64,000 bases of DNA from Lama guanicoe. Lineage: Eukaryota. The stretch lies in the NCBI GenBank assembly GCA_013239625.1, contig MU053652.1, forward strand, positions 1,924,001-1,988,000, read 5' to 3'. Each line of letters starts with the position of its first letter. The stretch's first letter is position 1. Made by a program: the position numbers and the translations under genes. This document shows, one piece after another, positions 1 through 12,635 of this stretch. The notes below the pieces were generated by a model, which was not told where the DNA came from, made no database searches, and saw only the letters and a program-made list of their open reading frames with translations.

Positions 1-49
<49 letters not shown>

Positions 50-58
50 TATATATAT
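1..58. repeat. (AT)n microsatellite
   Basis: Direct reading: about 20 perfect AT units followed by an interrupted AT run. Confidence 0.95.
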
Positions 59-345
59 TCCTTTTATATTCTTTTTCATTATAGGCTACTACAAGGCATT
101 GAATATGGTTCCCTGTGCTACACAGTAGGACCTTGTTGTTTATCTGTTTTATACATAGTAGTTAGTGTAACTCCAAACTCCTCATTTATCCCTCCACACA
201 CACCCCCTTTCCCCCTGGTGACCTTAAGTTTGTTTTCTATTTTGTAAATAAGTTCACTTGTGTCATTTTTTTAGGTTCCACATGTATGTGACATCATACG
301 GTATTTTTGTTCTTCTTTCTGGCTTACTTCGCCTAGTGTGGCAAC
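59..345 (-). mobile_element. LINE-1 3' region fragment, cetartiodactyl-like
   Basis: 'gaatatggttccctgtgctacacagtaggaccttgttgtttatc' and 'ggttccacatgtatgtgacatcatacggtattt...ggcttacttc' resemble the antisense L1 3' end as recalled from cetartiodactyl genomes. Confidence 0.75.
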
Positions 346-974
346 CATCATTTCCCTCTCCCCGCCTTGGTTTTTCTCCTTTGCAAAGCAGAAGGGATCC
401 TTAGTTGGTTCAGAGGACCCAGCTTCAGACACCCTCGGGGCACCAGGGTTGCCACAGCTCGCTGTGGGCCATGGAGATGAGAGAGCCCAGCACACGTGCT
501 GTTCCTCCACATACAACACACCACAGGCTCCCCTGCAGATGTGGACGCAGCAGGGGGCAAGGTCAGGCTGGGTGTGCTTTAGGGGAGGGAGAGCTGCCGG
601 GGCCTCAGGTAGCAGGAAGCGTGAAGTCAGGGCTGGGCCGGACCCTCTGGCTCACTCCCCACCTGTCACAGACCACCCCTCCAGAGTCTCCAACATCACA
701 CAGCTCCCCCACCCCCACCCCCACCCCCGCTTCGTCCTTTGCAGAGATTACTCTTGTCTTCTCTGGGTCCTGAGTTCTCATCTTGCTGCAGCGAGGGGCC
801 GGGAGGGCAACAAAGGCAAAAGTGCGGGGTGAGGCTCTAAGGGCCCCTCTCTGTGCTGGACCTCCAGGTCCCTAGAGTCCCTGAGCCCCAGGGCCATAGG
901 CGGGCTTCAGGGCATGTCCTCCATCCCCTCTCCCTCCAGCTGGCCTGCCTGCCTCCTACTCCTCTTTGTTTTCT

Positions 975-1510
975 GTATTTATTTTAAACTGTGGTGAAAT
1001 GCACAAATCATAAAACGTCCTTCCTTAGCCAGTTTTAAATGTAGTTTAGTGGCATGAAGTGCATTCACAGTGTGCAGCCATCACCACTGTCCATCTCCAG
1101 AACTCTGTTCATCTTCCCCAGGGAAACTCTGCGCCCATTGAACACTAACCTCCCCTCTCTACTCCCCCAGAAACCACTATTCTATCTTCGGTCTCTATGA
1201 ATTTGACTGCCCTGCTTACCTCGCATGAGAGGAATCGTGTCGTGTTTGTCTATATACAGTGACTGGCTTATGTCACTCAGCATAATGTTGTCAGTGTTCA
1301 TCCGGGACATCGCGTGTTAAAATCCCTTCCTTTTTAAAGCTGAATCATATCCCATTGTATATATAGCACGCTGTGTTTACCCTTCGTCTGTCTTGGTTGC
1401 TTCCACCTTTTGGCTGTTGTGAGTTTTGTTCTGTGACCTTGGGTGTCAAGTTCAGACCCTGCTTCCAGTTCTTTTGGATGCAAACCCAGAAGTGAGATTG
1501 CTGGGTCTGC
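975..1510 (-). mobile_element. Old LINE-1 (L1MB-like) 3' fragment
   Basis: 'cattcacagtgtgcagccatcaccactgtccatctccagaact', 'ctatgaatttgact', 'gttgcttccaccttttggct', 'cccagaagtgagattgctggg' match the recalled L1M 3' consensus. Confidence 0.8.
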
Positions 1511-1669
1511 GGCTCCTCACCTAGCTGCTTTTCAGGCTCAAGGCGCGGGCAGCCTGGGGGAGAGTTGGGGGTTGTTTTATGGGCCTGGAGTGCTCCCTGA
1601 AGCAAGGCTACAGGGTCAACAGGAAGCACAGAGGTGAGATGACCCAAATCATGGAATCAGGGCTGGTCA

Positions 1670-1750
1670 GAGCTGAAAGGGTCCTTGGATCCTGCCCAGC
1701 TGACAGATGAGCTGAAAGGGTCCTTGGATCCCGCCCAGCTGACAGATGAG
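1670..1750 (+). repeat. 39-bp tandem duplication (2 copies, 1 mismatch) within a MIR-like fragment
   Basis: gagctgaaagggtccttggatcc(t/c)gcccagctgacagat at 1670-1708 and 1709-1747. Confidence 0.9.
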
Positions 1751-3015
1751 GACGTTGAGTCTCAAAGTGGGGGTGTCGTGTGTGATGGGCTCTGGGCTCC
1801 CGAGCTGGTCAGAAGCGCAGTTGTCCTGAAGCTCTTCTCCCTCCCAGCTTTCAGTGACAGAGGGGCTCACCAGGAGGACCAGCTGCCCGGTGCCTGATTG
1901 CCTGGGACCCCTCTCATCTGCCCTTCCCCTGGCCACCTTTCTGCCTCACTCTGCTGGGGAGGAGTGCTGGGGCTGGGAGGAGAGTCCTCACAGGGTGTGT
2001 GAGTTGTGCGTCCTGTGGCCAGCCTGCCCAGAAGCACGCCCCAAGCAGTCTGTCTCAGTCGGCGCACCCCAAACAGTGCCGCAGCTGGCGGAGTCTGGGG
2101 ATGGCGGGACCTGCCTAACACAGGGCCTCACTGCTGCCTAGGCTGTCAGCCTGGGGTACCTGCTCCCTTCCACCTACTCCTGAGCATCCAGCAACACACA
2201 AGCTCCCACCTCTCATCTGGGCAGAGTACCACACGCCTTATTTGATCTCATTGTCCACTCCCCGCCACCCCTCGACAGACCTGATTGCCCCAGCAAAAGG
2301 GGCCCAGTGACTCGTTTCCTCTGTCTCCAGATGCAGTCGGGGTCCCCCTTGGCTTGGAAATGAGCATGCCCATCTGGAAGGGGCTCAGTGTGTACCTGCT
2401 CTGAGGGGCATTTCCTTGGGGTCAGGCCCTCCCCAGCTCTCGGTCAGAAGCTTCTGGACTTAAAAGGCCTCTGGGGCTCATTCCAGAACATTCCCGAATG
2501 CCAGACTCAGTCCGCCTATGGAAGGTCCTCCTATCCCCTCCTGCTGTGGCCAGACTCACATTCCAGAGCCTCGGCCCAGGGCTTTGCATCACTGTGGAGC
2601 TGCTCACATGGGCCCCTCTGTCCCATTTCGTGGCATCTGGAACAGAGGCAAAGGGTGGTCAGCCCAGAGTGGGATGGGATTCCCAGCAAGGGGGTCAGAT
2701 GCTAAGATAGGAGGGGTGCTGAGAGGGGACCAGCAGCGGGCTGGCCACAGGGTCTGGAGTGCATTGAAGTGGAAGCTGAAGAGAACAGGGGATGACCTCC
2801 ATGAAGAGCAGCCTCAAGGCAATGGTGCTGGGACCCGGGGTTCCTCAGTCTCACTGCCTCTCCCACAGTCTGGGGTGGAGGGTGGGCAGGCCAAGTCGGG
2901 GTGAGCCCCTGGGAGGGTGCAGCAGGCGAACAGCTGGCTGATGTCTGGATGTCTGGGGGGCTCCTGCACCTTCGTCTTCCTGCTCCCCAGCCTGAGCCCC
3001 ACTGTCTGTCCACAG

Positions 3016-3216
3016 GACTGCCCCCAGCTGCTGCGAGTGGACAAGATCCTGGTGCCCGTGGAGGTGATCAAGCCCATCACTCTGAAGGCCAAGAACCTCC
3101 CCCAGCCGCAATCAGGGCAGCGCGGGTACGAGTGCATCCTCAGCATCCAGGGCAGCGAGCAGAGGGTGCCTGCCCTGCGCTTCAACAGCTCCAGCGTGCA
3201 GTGCCAGAACACCTCC
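3016..3216 (+). CDS. PLXNA4: Plexin-A4 exon (~10): end of PSI2 and IPT domain, DCPQLLRV...VQCQNTS
   Basis: cacag|GACTGC acceptor, ACCTCC|gtgagt donor, 201 nt, phase 0-0. Confidence 0.95.
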
Positions 3217-4123
3217 GTGAGTGCCCCCCGCCCCCCGCCGGGGCCCCTTCCCAGGGTCAGGTCAGCTCAGCTCGGCGGGACTGCCCCAGACACCCACAAA
3301 ACCACTCCGCTCCCCACCCAAGCGCTCCCCCAACCCTGCCCACCCAGCTGAGTTTACCAAGTGTCTGCCCGTAGGTGTGGCCCTATTGTGGTGACGAGGG
3401 GCCTCTGCCCAAGGCAGGGGCTGTGGTACAAGGGGCTTTGGGGCCACCAAGTGCTGTTCGTGGGCAGATGTATTTGCAGGGTGTGTCCATCCTCCTTCCT
3501 GAGAGCAGCCCTGGGAGCCCTGCCTTCCTACCAGGGCTGACCTGAGGGCCTCATCTGAGCCCACAGAGGCCCACTGTGGCCTGTGCACCCACACAGCGTC
3601 TGGGTCCCAGCACACGAGGCTTCGGAGGCAGACCAGCACATGCAAAGGGAGACTTGGAACAGGAGGGAGCTGGCTCAGGATGTGCTGCATGAATCAACAC
3701 AAACCCTGCCCAATATTTAGAAATCCACGTTAGGACCATGTGGGACCAATGACGGGTCAGCAGCCTCTTGCTGCCAGCGGCCTTTGCCTGATTCCTCCTG
3801 CATCACGCCGTGTATGTGACTACGCACCACCTGTCTGCTCCCCCGCTGGCCTTGTGGCCTTCCCAGCCACTGCTCTGCCCTCCCTCATTCTCTCTTTCTG
3901 GACTGCTTCTCTGTACCCTGATGCTCAAACATTAGACTTATAGACTTGGAACATTTTCAAGCTGTAAGAAACCTTAACATTCTTCTTGCCTATAGAGAAG
4001 AGAAACTGGAGGTCCAGAAGCAAGGCCAGAATTGGGTTTGTGGAGCTGAGAGTTATACAATTTGGGGGACCTTTTTTAAGAATGAAATACTTCAGTCCAA
4101 ATGAGATACGCAGGCAGGCCTTG

Positions 4124-5160
4124 GGAAGTCAGCAGTGCCTCTCCTTATCCCACTGGTACTGACCAGAGTGCCAGCATCAGGCACCCCGTGGGGGCACCTG
4201 GTTGGGGGAAGAGCCATGCAGGCAAGTGCAGGGCCCTGAGCTGACCCTGAGGTGCCATTCATTTCGGGGTGGCCCACCCCCACCCAGAGGGTAAATGACG
4301 TGCTCAAGGTCACATAGCTAGTGAGCGACAGGGCCAGACCTAGATCTGGGGTCTCCTCCTGTACCACACTACCTCCCATTCATCCTTGTCATTGCTTCTG
4401 GGTACTTATATGTAGTGACTGTATTTGGGGGTGTGGTGTGGGACCAGGAGAGTCTCAGATAAAACTCCTCCTGGGAGTACCTCCTCTTCCTGCAGGAAGC
4501 AGTCTAGGGGTAAGTGGAGCTCAGAGAGGCCCACACGCTGCCCCAGGGATGCTCAGCATTACAGGGACGGAACGGATGGTTGGCTTCCCAACCTCTGAAA
4601 CCCCAGATGTGTCCCCACCGCTCCCATCTCCCTCCTCCCCTGGTGACCAGGCTGTGTTGCAGATTTCTGCAGCACCCCAGATTAAACCTGCAAACAAAAG
4701 GGACATTAAACACCTCCAGCTTCTTCGTAAATCCCGAGGCCAAGCAGACCAGCCCCAAGAGTCTGGCTCAAATGATTCTCCCCAAGTGAGAAAGCCCTGT
4801 GGAAAGAGTCAGCCTGGACCCACATTTGACTCAGCAGGAGGCTGGCAGGGATTTCAGGCCTCGGAGAAAACAGCCTCCTTTCCTCAGAGAAGTTGCCCCA
4901 GGGATCCAGGCCCAAGAGGCGCCAGGAGGGAGGACAGAGTCTGCGGCCTCTGACTTCCCCTGAGAGAGACGTGTGGGTGTCAGGAGACTGGGCCTCCCGC
5001 GCCCCGGGCTCTGCCTGACCGTGTGAAGTGGAGAAGGTACTCCAGGTACTAGCCGGGCAGATGGGGGCCGGGTCTCCTCCTCTGCGGGGCCGCCTCAGGG
5101 TGCCTGGTGCTGGCGCTCTGGTCAGTACCAGTGGGACTAGGAAAGGCACTGCTGACCTCC
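4124..5160. repeat. 63-bp inverted repeat pair (arms 4124-4186 and 5098-5160)
   Basis: Hand alignment of arm 1 to the reverse complement of arm 2 gives 57/63 identity without gaps. Confidence 0.9.
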
Positions 5161-8100
5161 AGCGTGGGCATCTGATGTCAAATTCTTGGAGTCTAAGAAA
5201 TCAACAGGTCCCACAGCTCCTTGTGTGGGAGTTTCACATCCTGAAACCCCAGGACGCAATGGCCAGTTCTGCCTCGAGCCCCTGGAGGCTCCAGGCCCTG
5301 GACAGGGGTCCACAGGCCCTGCGCCATCAGCCGGCCTCCAGCGTTCGCAGGCTTGGCGCCTCCAGACCTGCCTCCAGGAGACGTGGAGGCACCAGAGCCA
5401 CAGTGGGAACATGACACTGAGGGTGGAGCCCGGGAGCCCAAGGCTCTGGCCACCAAGGAAACGATGTGACCTCTAAGCTCTCAGCCTGCTCCCCTGCCCT
5501 CCCTTCAAGAGGTGGGGAGGGCTGTGCTGAGCTCTGCCCCCCAGACTAGGCACCCCCTGCCCAGGCCTCCGTCCCCGCCGTGGAGCCCAGTCAGTGCCCC
5601 TAGGGCGCTGCTTCCGAAGCAGCTCAGCCCCTCAGCCGACTCCGCCTGCCTTTTTACTTCAACACCCGAGTAAGGACAGTGATGGGAAAGTTTGTCTCTA
5701 CCATTTTAAAGTCTTAGAAACTGAGGCAACAGGAAGTGTGCCCCAGCAAGAGCGGATTCTAGGAGGGCCCCCCTGCCTACTGGGGCCCTCTGAAATCACA
5801 CAGTTGAGGAGAGCTCACCCTGACTTCCCAGGAGCCTCTCTTTTCAGGAGCTCAGGGGGGTCCCATTTTAATGCTCTCTCGGCCAGGGTGCCACTTGCTG
5901 TGTCAAGTGACTTCCTTAAAAAAATGCTGGGCTCATGATCAGGGGCAAGCCTCCCTTACTGTGATTATGGAAAATAACATACCATCAGGGCAGGAGCAGA
6001 CCTGAGAGTATTTACCTGATCCTGTGACAGAGGTGGGAAGGCATCTCAGAAGCCCAGAGAGAGCAAGTGACCAGCCCCAGGTCCCACAGCAAATGAGCTG
6101 CAAATTCAGAACTTGAACCCAGCTTCGTAACATGTCCCCTCATGAAAGGTTAGGCCAGAAACAGCAACTGAGCAGTTTATACCCCAGCCTTGGTGTTACT
6201 CCCGGGAGCAGGGTCTGATCTACCTCAGAGAGGATTGTGGAGGAAGAGTTAATGTTGTTTCATTTCCTAAATGAGCTTTCTGGAATGAGGGGAGGGGAGG
6301 AGAAGGATCTAATAGAGAAAGCCCCCTCCCTGGTTTATGATGGCAGAGGGAGGTGGGTGACCACGAGTTCTCAGGGGAGGGCAGAGAAGGAAAAGAGAGA
6401 CACAGGAATATTCTGCACGGGCGCGACACAGGGCTGGAATGGCAGGCAGGTCACTTCCAGCCCACTATTTGGGGTCGGGCCATTGGCCAATCACTGCCGC
6501 CCTCGAGGGCCTGTAGGAGGAGAATAGGGGCAGCTGGAGGAGGGAGCCACGGGGGGTGTGCGTGGCCTCCTTTAGACCAAGGCTCCAGGAAATGTCAAGT
6601 GCTGCTAATAATAGTGCCCAGTGCCCGCCTCTCCCTCACTGGCAATGGCGTGAGGAAGTGGGCCGCACCAGGCCCTGGGGCTCTGGGCCCAGCTTCCACG
6701 ACCCACGTGACCTCACGGTTTCTTGGGGTGTCCCAGTTTACCACATGCAAAACAAGGATGGGGAGACCGACAGGGGCCACTTTTCCCCTTCCTGCTTTAT
6801 TGGAGCACAGCTGAGCCCTGCAGGGTCCTGGAGATGGGCATCTTACCTTGATGATAGAACGATAGAATTTTCCAGCAGAGTATCTCAGACAAGAGAATGG
6901 TTGGAGGGAAGAATGCCCAAGTTATACAGAAGTTTTCTCTTTGCTTTTGGAGGTAGAGAAGCTGAGGTTCACACTCTCCCCAGGTGATGAGCAGCGCTGT
7001 CCACAAGCTGGGCCGTGGTGTGCCAGACCTTGATTGAGACACTTAACCCCCTGGCCCCTGGGAGCCTGAAACACTCTTTCCTCAGCTCTGGGCTTTGGGC
7101 AGATTAACTGCCCACTGATTACAGAGAGCTATATAAATGCTAAGTGGAGGGGAGGTGGGGAGTCTGGGAGATGGGAGCCAGTGGTCCAGGCTCCCCAGCT
7201 GTCTGCCCCTCCCCCTGTTGGATGCAGGTCGTGGCGGGGGGAGGGGGGCATCTCCAGGCAGGAGGGTGACTTCTCTAGAGACCAAGGGGTTCGGGGGGAG
7301 CACACAGGATTAATGATTTCTGTAATATTACAGAATCAAGATCTCAGGAATGGGGTGGGGAGAAAGAGGAAGCAATGCCCAGCATATTTGATCCAGAAGC
7401 CTTTTTTATTTTCAATTTTCTTCAAAAAGGAAACACGTGCACACAAACACACATGCCCATCTGAGCACATAAGTGTTCTCGTCTGCATACATCTCCATAT
7501 GTCCGCGTGTCTGGCGCGTAAACACTCAGTAAGGGCTGCTATTATTATTCCACATAAACGTAAACACAGGGAACACAAGTATGTTTTTGCACAGCATCCC
7601 CAAGTGTATACACAGAGATTAAATTACACAGTAATATTTGGGTGCTCATTCTCTGCGACAGGCACTGTGCTCAGAGCATCGGATGGTTATCTTCAGCCCT
7701 CCCAACAGCCCCGCGAGGTATGCACTGTGTGTAATTCCCACTTCACACCTGGGGAGTCTGAGACTCAGATCGTCTTCCCACGTTCACATAGCCCGTACTG
7801 TGGAGCCACTTCATGGCAGCACATGTGTGTGCCCGTGTGTGCTCGTGTGCACATGCACGTCTGAACGAGTAGGTAACACGGATGTGTGCACAGACCTCTC
7901 CTGGAGTCAGCATGCAGACACATTCGTGCATGCAGACCCTTAGATGCGTACACAGGCGGTAGTTCTTGCCTTGTTCTCTGGGGGATTTCGGGTCGTTACT
8001 GTGAGAGGCCTGACGGTTCTACTGATCTTTGGCCAGCACACCCCTGGGCACCACCTGTTGCTTCCACTTTGGGTCCTGGCCAGACCCAGAGAAGCAGGAG

Positions 8101-8359
8101 CCTGGCTCCAGTGTTGAGTTAGGCACCACCAGCATCCCTCTCAGAGGCTGGAGCAGCCTGACACCAGCCCTCGTCACCGCCTGTGCCTCACGGGGCCCTG
8201 GAGAAGGGGGGTGAGAAGATGGGCAGCGGAGCTTGGCTAGGGGAGGAAACGGGGAGGGGCGCCTGGAAAGTGTTCTCCCCCTCCACCCGCCCTCCTCTTG
8301 CTCCTACATGCTTCCCCCTTGGCAGTCCTCTGTCTCCCTGCTGCTAGCCGATGGCCAGG

Positions 8360-8550
8360 AGCACTGATTCTCTAACTTTAGCGGCACCAGACTCACTAGA
8401 GTACCTCCTTGGAAATACTCCTGTCTCGCGAGATGCCGATTCAGCAGGTCTGGTGGGGCCCTGGAATCTGCATTTAGAAGACCTCACCTCCCCCAACCAC
8501 ATTCTGCTGAAGGTGGCCCGTAGGCCACCTTGAGAACCGCCAGTCTAGAG
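8360..8550. mobile_element. MER5A-like hAT-Charlie DNA transposon fossil
   Basis: 'gattcagcaggtctggtggggccctggaatctgcattt' core and 'ccttgagaaccgccagtctag' end. Confidence 0.65.
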
Positions 8551-10281
8551 CGGAAGAGGCTTTTTGAGAAAACTCAGGACAACTTGCAGTGACCCACCCA
8601 GAGGCAAAAAATTTGGCTACATGGTGAAAAGCTTGAGTCACCAGCTGAGTTACAGGATGATCCAAAAAATTCTTCCCTGTTTTTCCTGCAGTGGGTGGGA
8701 AGCTTGGCTTTATTCTGTGGCTGAGCCTAGACCCTGGCCCTGGCCCTGGCCCGGGTATCACAGGTCTCAAGGGAGATTATATGAGAGTGTGGATGGTGCA
8801 GTGCAAACCACCACCATTGTGAGGGAAACACCCAGTGTGGCTTCCTGGCCTGGCGTCTTAACCAAGGAGTTAGTGAAAACTTTGGGAGCACTAGGGCAGA
8901 GCCTGAAGCAGGCTGGACGCACGTCCTACTTACGTTTCTGTATGAAGACGGCGTCACAGCACATTCACCACGGAGCACATTCTATAACTCAGCGTTACAG
9001 GGCGATTTCCCAGATGAGGAAGGTAACAGCTCCTTTAGAAGCCTCTGCAGATGCCTGAGACCCTCCCCAGCTGGCGCACTCCCCCAGTTCTGCACTGTCC
9101 TCCCCTCGGTGAAGGAGGGAGCATCAGCTGCCTACCCAACAGCCACAAACATCCCCATGGCCCCGCGCCGCCAAACTTAATCTGCGAGTTAAAAGAGCCC
9201 TCTGGCTCTACAAACACAACTTCAGACCAAGTCCCCTGGACTGACCTTTTCTAACAGATTGCCTGCCCTCAGCCTCTCCTCTGCAGAATACCTGGCTCAG
9301 CTCTGACCCTCCATCCCACCCCCTATGGTGGGCAGAATCCAGTGGAATAATGAGAAATCACCAGGTAGAGATTGGAAATGCTGCCCAAGACAGGCTGGGA
9401 GTTCCTGCCGCCTACCCTCCTTCTCTGGGGATGGGAAGTGTCTGCTGTCAGAGGGCAGATGGAGGCTGGCATGCCAGGGACTGCCCCTCCACTGGCACCC
9501 CTGATCATACCTCCCCCCCCCACCCCTTGGCACCACATTCCCAAGGCCTGGACCAAGCCGGGTGGGACATCAGACTCCGAGGAGAGCTGAGCAGGGAAGC
9601 AGCACCCAGAGGGCAGATGCAGAGCTGGGCCCGGGCTCCATCTTGGAGCCTCTGGAGCCTCGACCCAGATTCCTAGGTGTGAGCCTCAGGGTTTCCCACC
9701 TCACCTCTGAGCTTCCACCCAGTCCTCTTCGCTGGTAACCCTGAGCCCCTCATCCCCTGAAGAATGCAGCCGCTTCATTTCTTACCCTCTGTGATCACTA
9801 TCCTTGCTTGGGAACTGATCAGGTCTCTGGTAAAGCACCCATCTCCCCCAAACATTTCCTAGAAATTAAAGTTCCCAAATCAAATCAAGGGCCTGGTAAG
9901 GCCCTAAAGGCCAGAGTTCCCCTGGGCAGCCAGGGAGGAAGCGGGCAGCTCCCTCAGTTAAACCTCCGGGGGAAAGCCAACTGGTGGGAACAGGCCTCCG
10001 GAGAAGGTGGCCAAGCCAACTGCTCAGATCTACCCCGTGAACCCACATTCCAGATGGGCGTCCCACTCAGGCCTGGCCCTCCCGCCTTAGCTTCTGGGCC
10101 CCCTGAGGTGTGCTTCCCCACCCTGCCTGTGCCTACGTGCTTACCCGTACCCACACACGCACACACACAGTCTTGGCCTGTCCTTGGCCCCCCACGCTCT
10201 TGCGGGCACCAGGCCGAACCCTGGGCCCTCCCTAGAACCCTTTGTGACCAGCTTTCTCCTTTCCTCCTGGACCTGCTGCAG

Positions 10282-10378
10282 TATTCCTACGAGGGCATGG
10301 AGATCAACAACCTCCCGGTGGCGCTGACAGTCGTATGGAACGGGCACTTCAGCATCGACAACCCAGCTCAGAATAAAG
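10282..10378 (+). CDS. PLXNA4: Plexin-A4 exon (~11): YSYEGMEINNLPVALTVVWNGHFSIDNPAQNK
   Basis: ctgcag|TATTCC acceptor, AAAG|gtgcag donor, 97 nt, phase 0-1. Confidence 0.93.
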
Positions 10379-10747
10379 GTGCAGAAGAAGGGCCAGGGGA
10401 GGTAGGGGAGCAGGTGGAGGGAGCAGCTCCCCTTCATGGGTAGTGCCATTCGTCCCCAGCCCCTGCCAAGCCCGCCCTCCAGCATCCCCACCACTGTGAC
10501 TGCTCAGCGTGGGCTCAGCATGGGTGGGTGAGCAGGACTGGCTGCAAGAAGGGCCCCTGAGACTGGGGGGGACTCCACCTCCCAGCCATGTTCCCCTGCT
10601 CAGGCCTTCTCTGCATCTGAAGGGCTAAGGGGACACAGCTGCCCTGTGTCCCGTCATCTGAGGCTGGGACTGCACTCCTGGTCCGCCTCCCGGGCCCCTC
10701 CCAGCCCCCTGCACACACCCCAAGTACCACTTGCCCTCTGCCCGCAG

Positions 10748-10938
10748 TTCACCTCTATAAGTGTGGCGCCATGCGCGAGAGCTGCGGGCTGTGCCTCAAG
10801 GCGGACCCAGACTTCGAGTGCGGCTGGTGCCAGGGCCAGGGCCAGTGCACGCTGCGGCAGCACTGCCCCGTCCACGAGACCCAGTGGCTGGAGCTGTCGG
10901 GCGCCAACAGCAAGTGCACAAACCCCCGCATCACAGAG
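10748..10938 (+). CDS. PLXNA4: Plexin-A4 exon (~12): PSI domain, [28 protein letters not shown]...NPRITE
   Basis: ccgcag|TTCACC acceptor, GAG|gtgagc donor, 191 nt, Cys-rich PSI pattern with CGWC. Confidence 0.95.
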
Positions 10939-11569
10939 GTGAGCCATGGTCCGCTGGGCCCACTCTGGGCTGCTGAGCCCTGCCCTGCCATTGGCTGGGT
11001 CCCCAAAGCCATGCCTGGTGTGGTATCCGTCACCCCAGTGATCACCCGGTTCCCTGGCTGGTTGCGGGCATCCTTGTTTTCTTGCAAATCCACAGAAGCT
11101 GTAGGCTTGGTTCAGAGACCCTTCTCGTATCAAAGGAGGTCCAAAGCAGAGAGAGCTCGACTATCCTGCTGGAGTCTCCATGTGAGCTGTGTCGGAAAGG
11201 ACTCGAAGTCTTTGACACCCCCCTTCTTGGTCTCCAAGTCTCGGTGACAAGGCCGTGAAGCTCCGTCAGCGGCAGCCTCATTAAGCAGTCAGCCCCTGGG
11301 GAGGCTGCGTGGGGGGCAAGGGCACAGAGCCCGGCCCTGGAGGCGGGAAGCAGGTGGAAATGGAGAGGCCTCAGGACCCACACAAAGTAAGACCTAAGCT
11401 ATGAGATGGTAGAAACAGACCCGGAGCCCAGTTAGGGAGGACAGAGGGGACCCAGGAGCAAAGAGCAGTGATAGGGTGGGGCAGAACTAAACATGCAAAT
11501 ATTGGGGTCACAGAGAACAGCATTTTAATCCCCCTCCATTTGTGAATCCTAACTAACTATTGGGTCCCC

Positions 11570-11720
11570 TGGGGCTAAGACATCGCTGTCTCCAGCCTCA
11601 GCCTCCTCACTTGTACAATGGGTCTGAGCATTCACCTCACAGGGGAGGTACAGGGAGTGTGTGAATGAATACATACAAAATGCTTGGCTGCATGCCCAGC
11701 CCGAGGGCACCTCACCATTC
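11570..11720. mobile_element. MIR SINE fragment
   Basis: 'gcctcagcctcctcacttgtacaatggg...cacctcacagggg' MIR core. Confidence 0.55.
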
Positions 11721-12244
11721 TCTTCTTCCTCAAGGTCATGATCAACATGGTTAAAATCGTTGCTAAACCGCACGTCTAAGCCCATCGCTGCCCTGGTGTC
11801 TTCATCTCCCCACTTTGCACTCCTGGCAGAAAGCCTCCCCTAGGGAGCCCCCACTGTGGCTGGAGCCCCTTGCTCCTCTCATAAAATAAGGGAGAGACGT
11901 GCACGTCTCAGCAGCAGGACGCTGTCTGACACGTCTGCACCTGCAGCTCAGCACTTAGCACATAGTGGGGGCTCAGCGCCTCTTTGCCATGGTTGATGCT
12001 GATGGTAATCATGGCTGGGGGGTGAGGGGCAGAGGAAAGAAGGGAAGGAAGCTCAGTCTGCCCGCACGCAGTGACGGGAGACGGCGTCCAGGTCTGCGCA
12101 GTTCCACGAACTCCTGCGTCTGGTGCCCTAACAATGGTGGGCACGGTTGGAGGCCAAACAGTTGTGTGGGGCTTCAGAGTCTGTGAGATACCCCCACAGC
12201 CCTCCCTTCATCCGGCCTCACAGCAACCCTGTCCCAGGAATGAA

Positions 12245-12635
12245 GGGCCCCAGACCGGGGCCTGAAACAGCGGAAACGTCTTGTCTCTCGTTCCGGAGGC
12301 TGGAAGTAGAAAGCAAGGCGTCACAGGGTTGGTTCCTTCCAAGGGCAGGGAGGGAAGGGTCTGTTCCAGGCCGCTCTCCTTGGCTTGTCGGTAGCTGTCT
12401 TCTTCCTTCCTTCCTTCCGTGTCTCTTTACGTCCTCTTCCTGCCACATGTGTCTCTGTCCAAATTTCCCCTTTCTCTGAGGACACCAGCCACCTTGGATT
12501 AGGACCCACCTGAATGACCTCATTTTGACTTGATTATCTCTAGACAGACCCTTTCTCCAAAGATCACAGTTCTGAGGTTCTAGGGTTTACGGCTTCAACG
12601 TATGAGGTTAGAGGGAGACAGTTCCACCCACGATG
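12245..12635 (-). mobile_element. MLT1 (MaLR) solo LTR, MLT1C-like
   Basis: 'gttccggaggctggaagt', 'gtgtctctgtccaaatttcccc', 'ggattaggacccacc...atgacctcatttt', 'cttcaacgtatga' are MLT1 landmarks. Confidence 0.75.

Noticed and set aside
706..728. (CCCCCA)n tract, potential G-quadruplex on the minus strand
   Set aside because: Such tracts are common in GC-rich mammalian introns and nothing links this one to a function.
7181..7864. 227-aa ORF
   Set aside because: Runs through CA-rich low-complexity sequence and a MIR fragment; His/Thr/Cys bias reflects the repeat.
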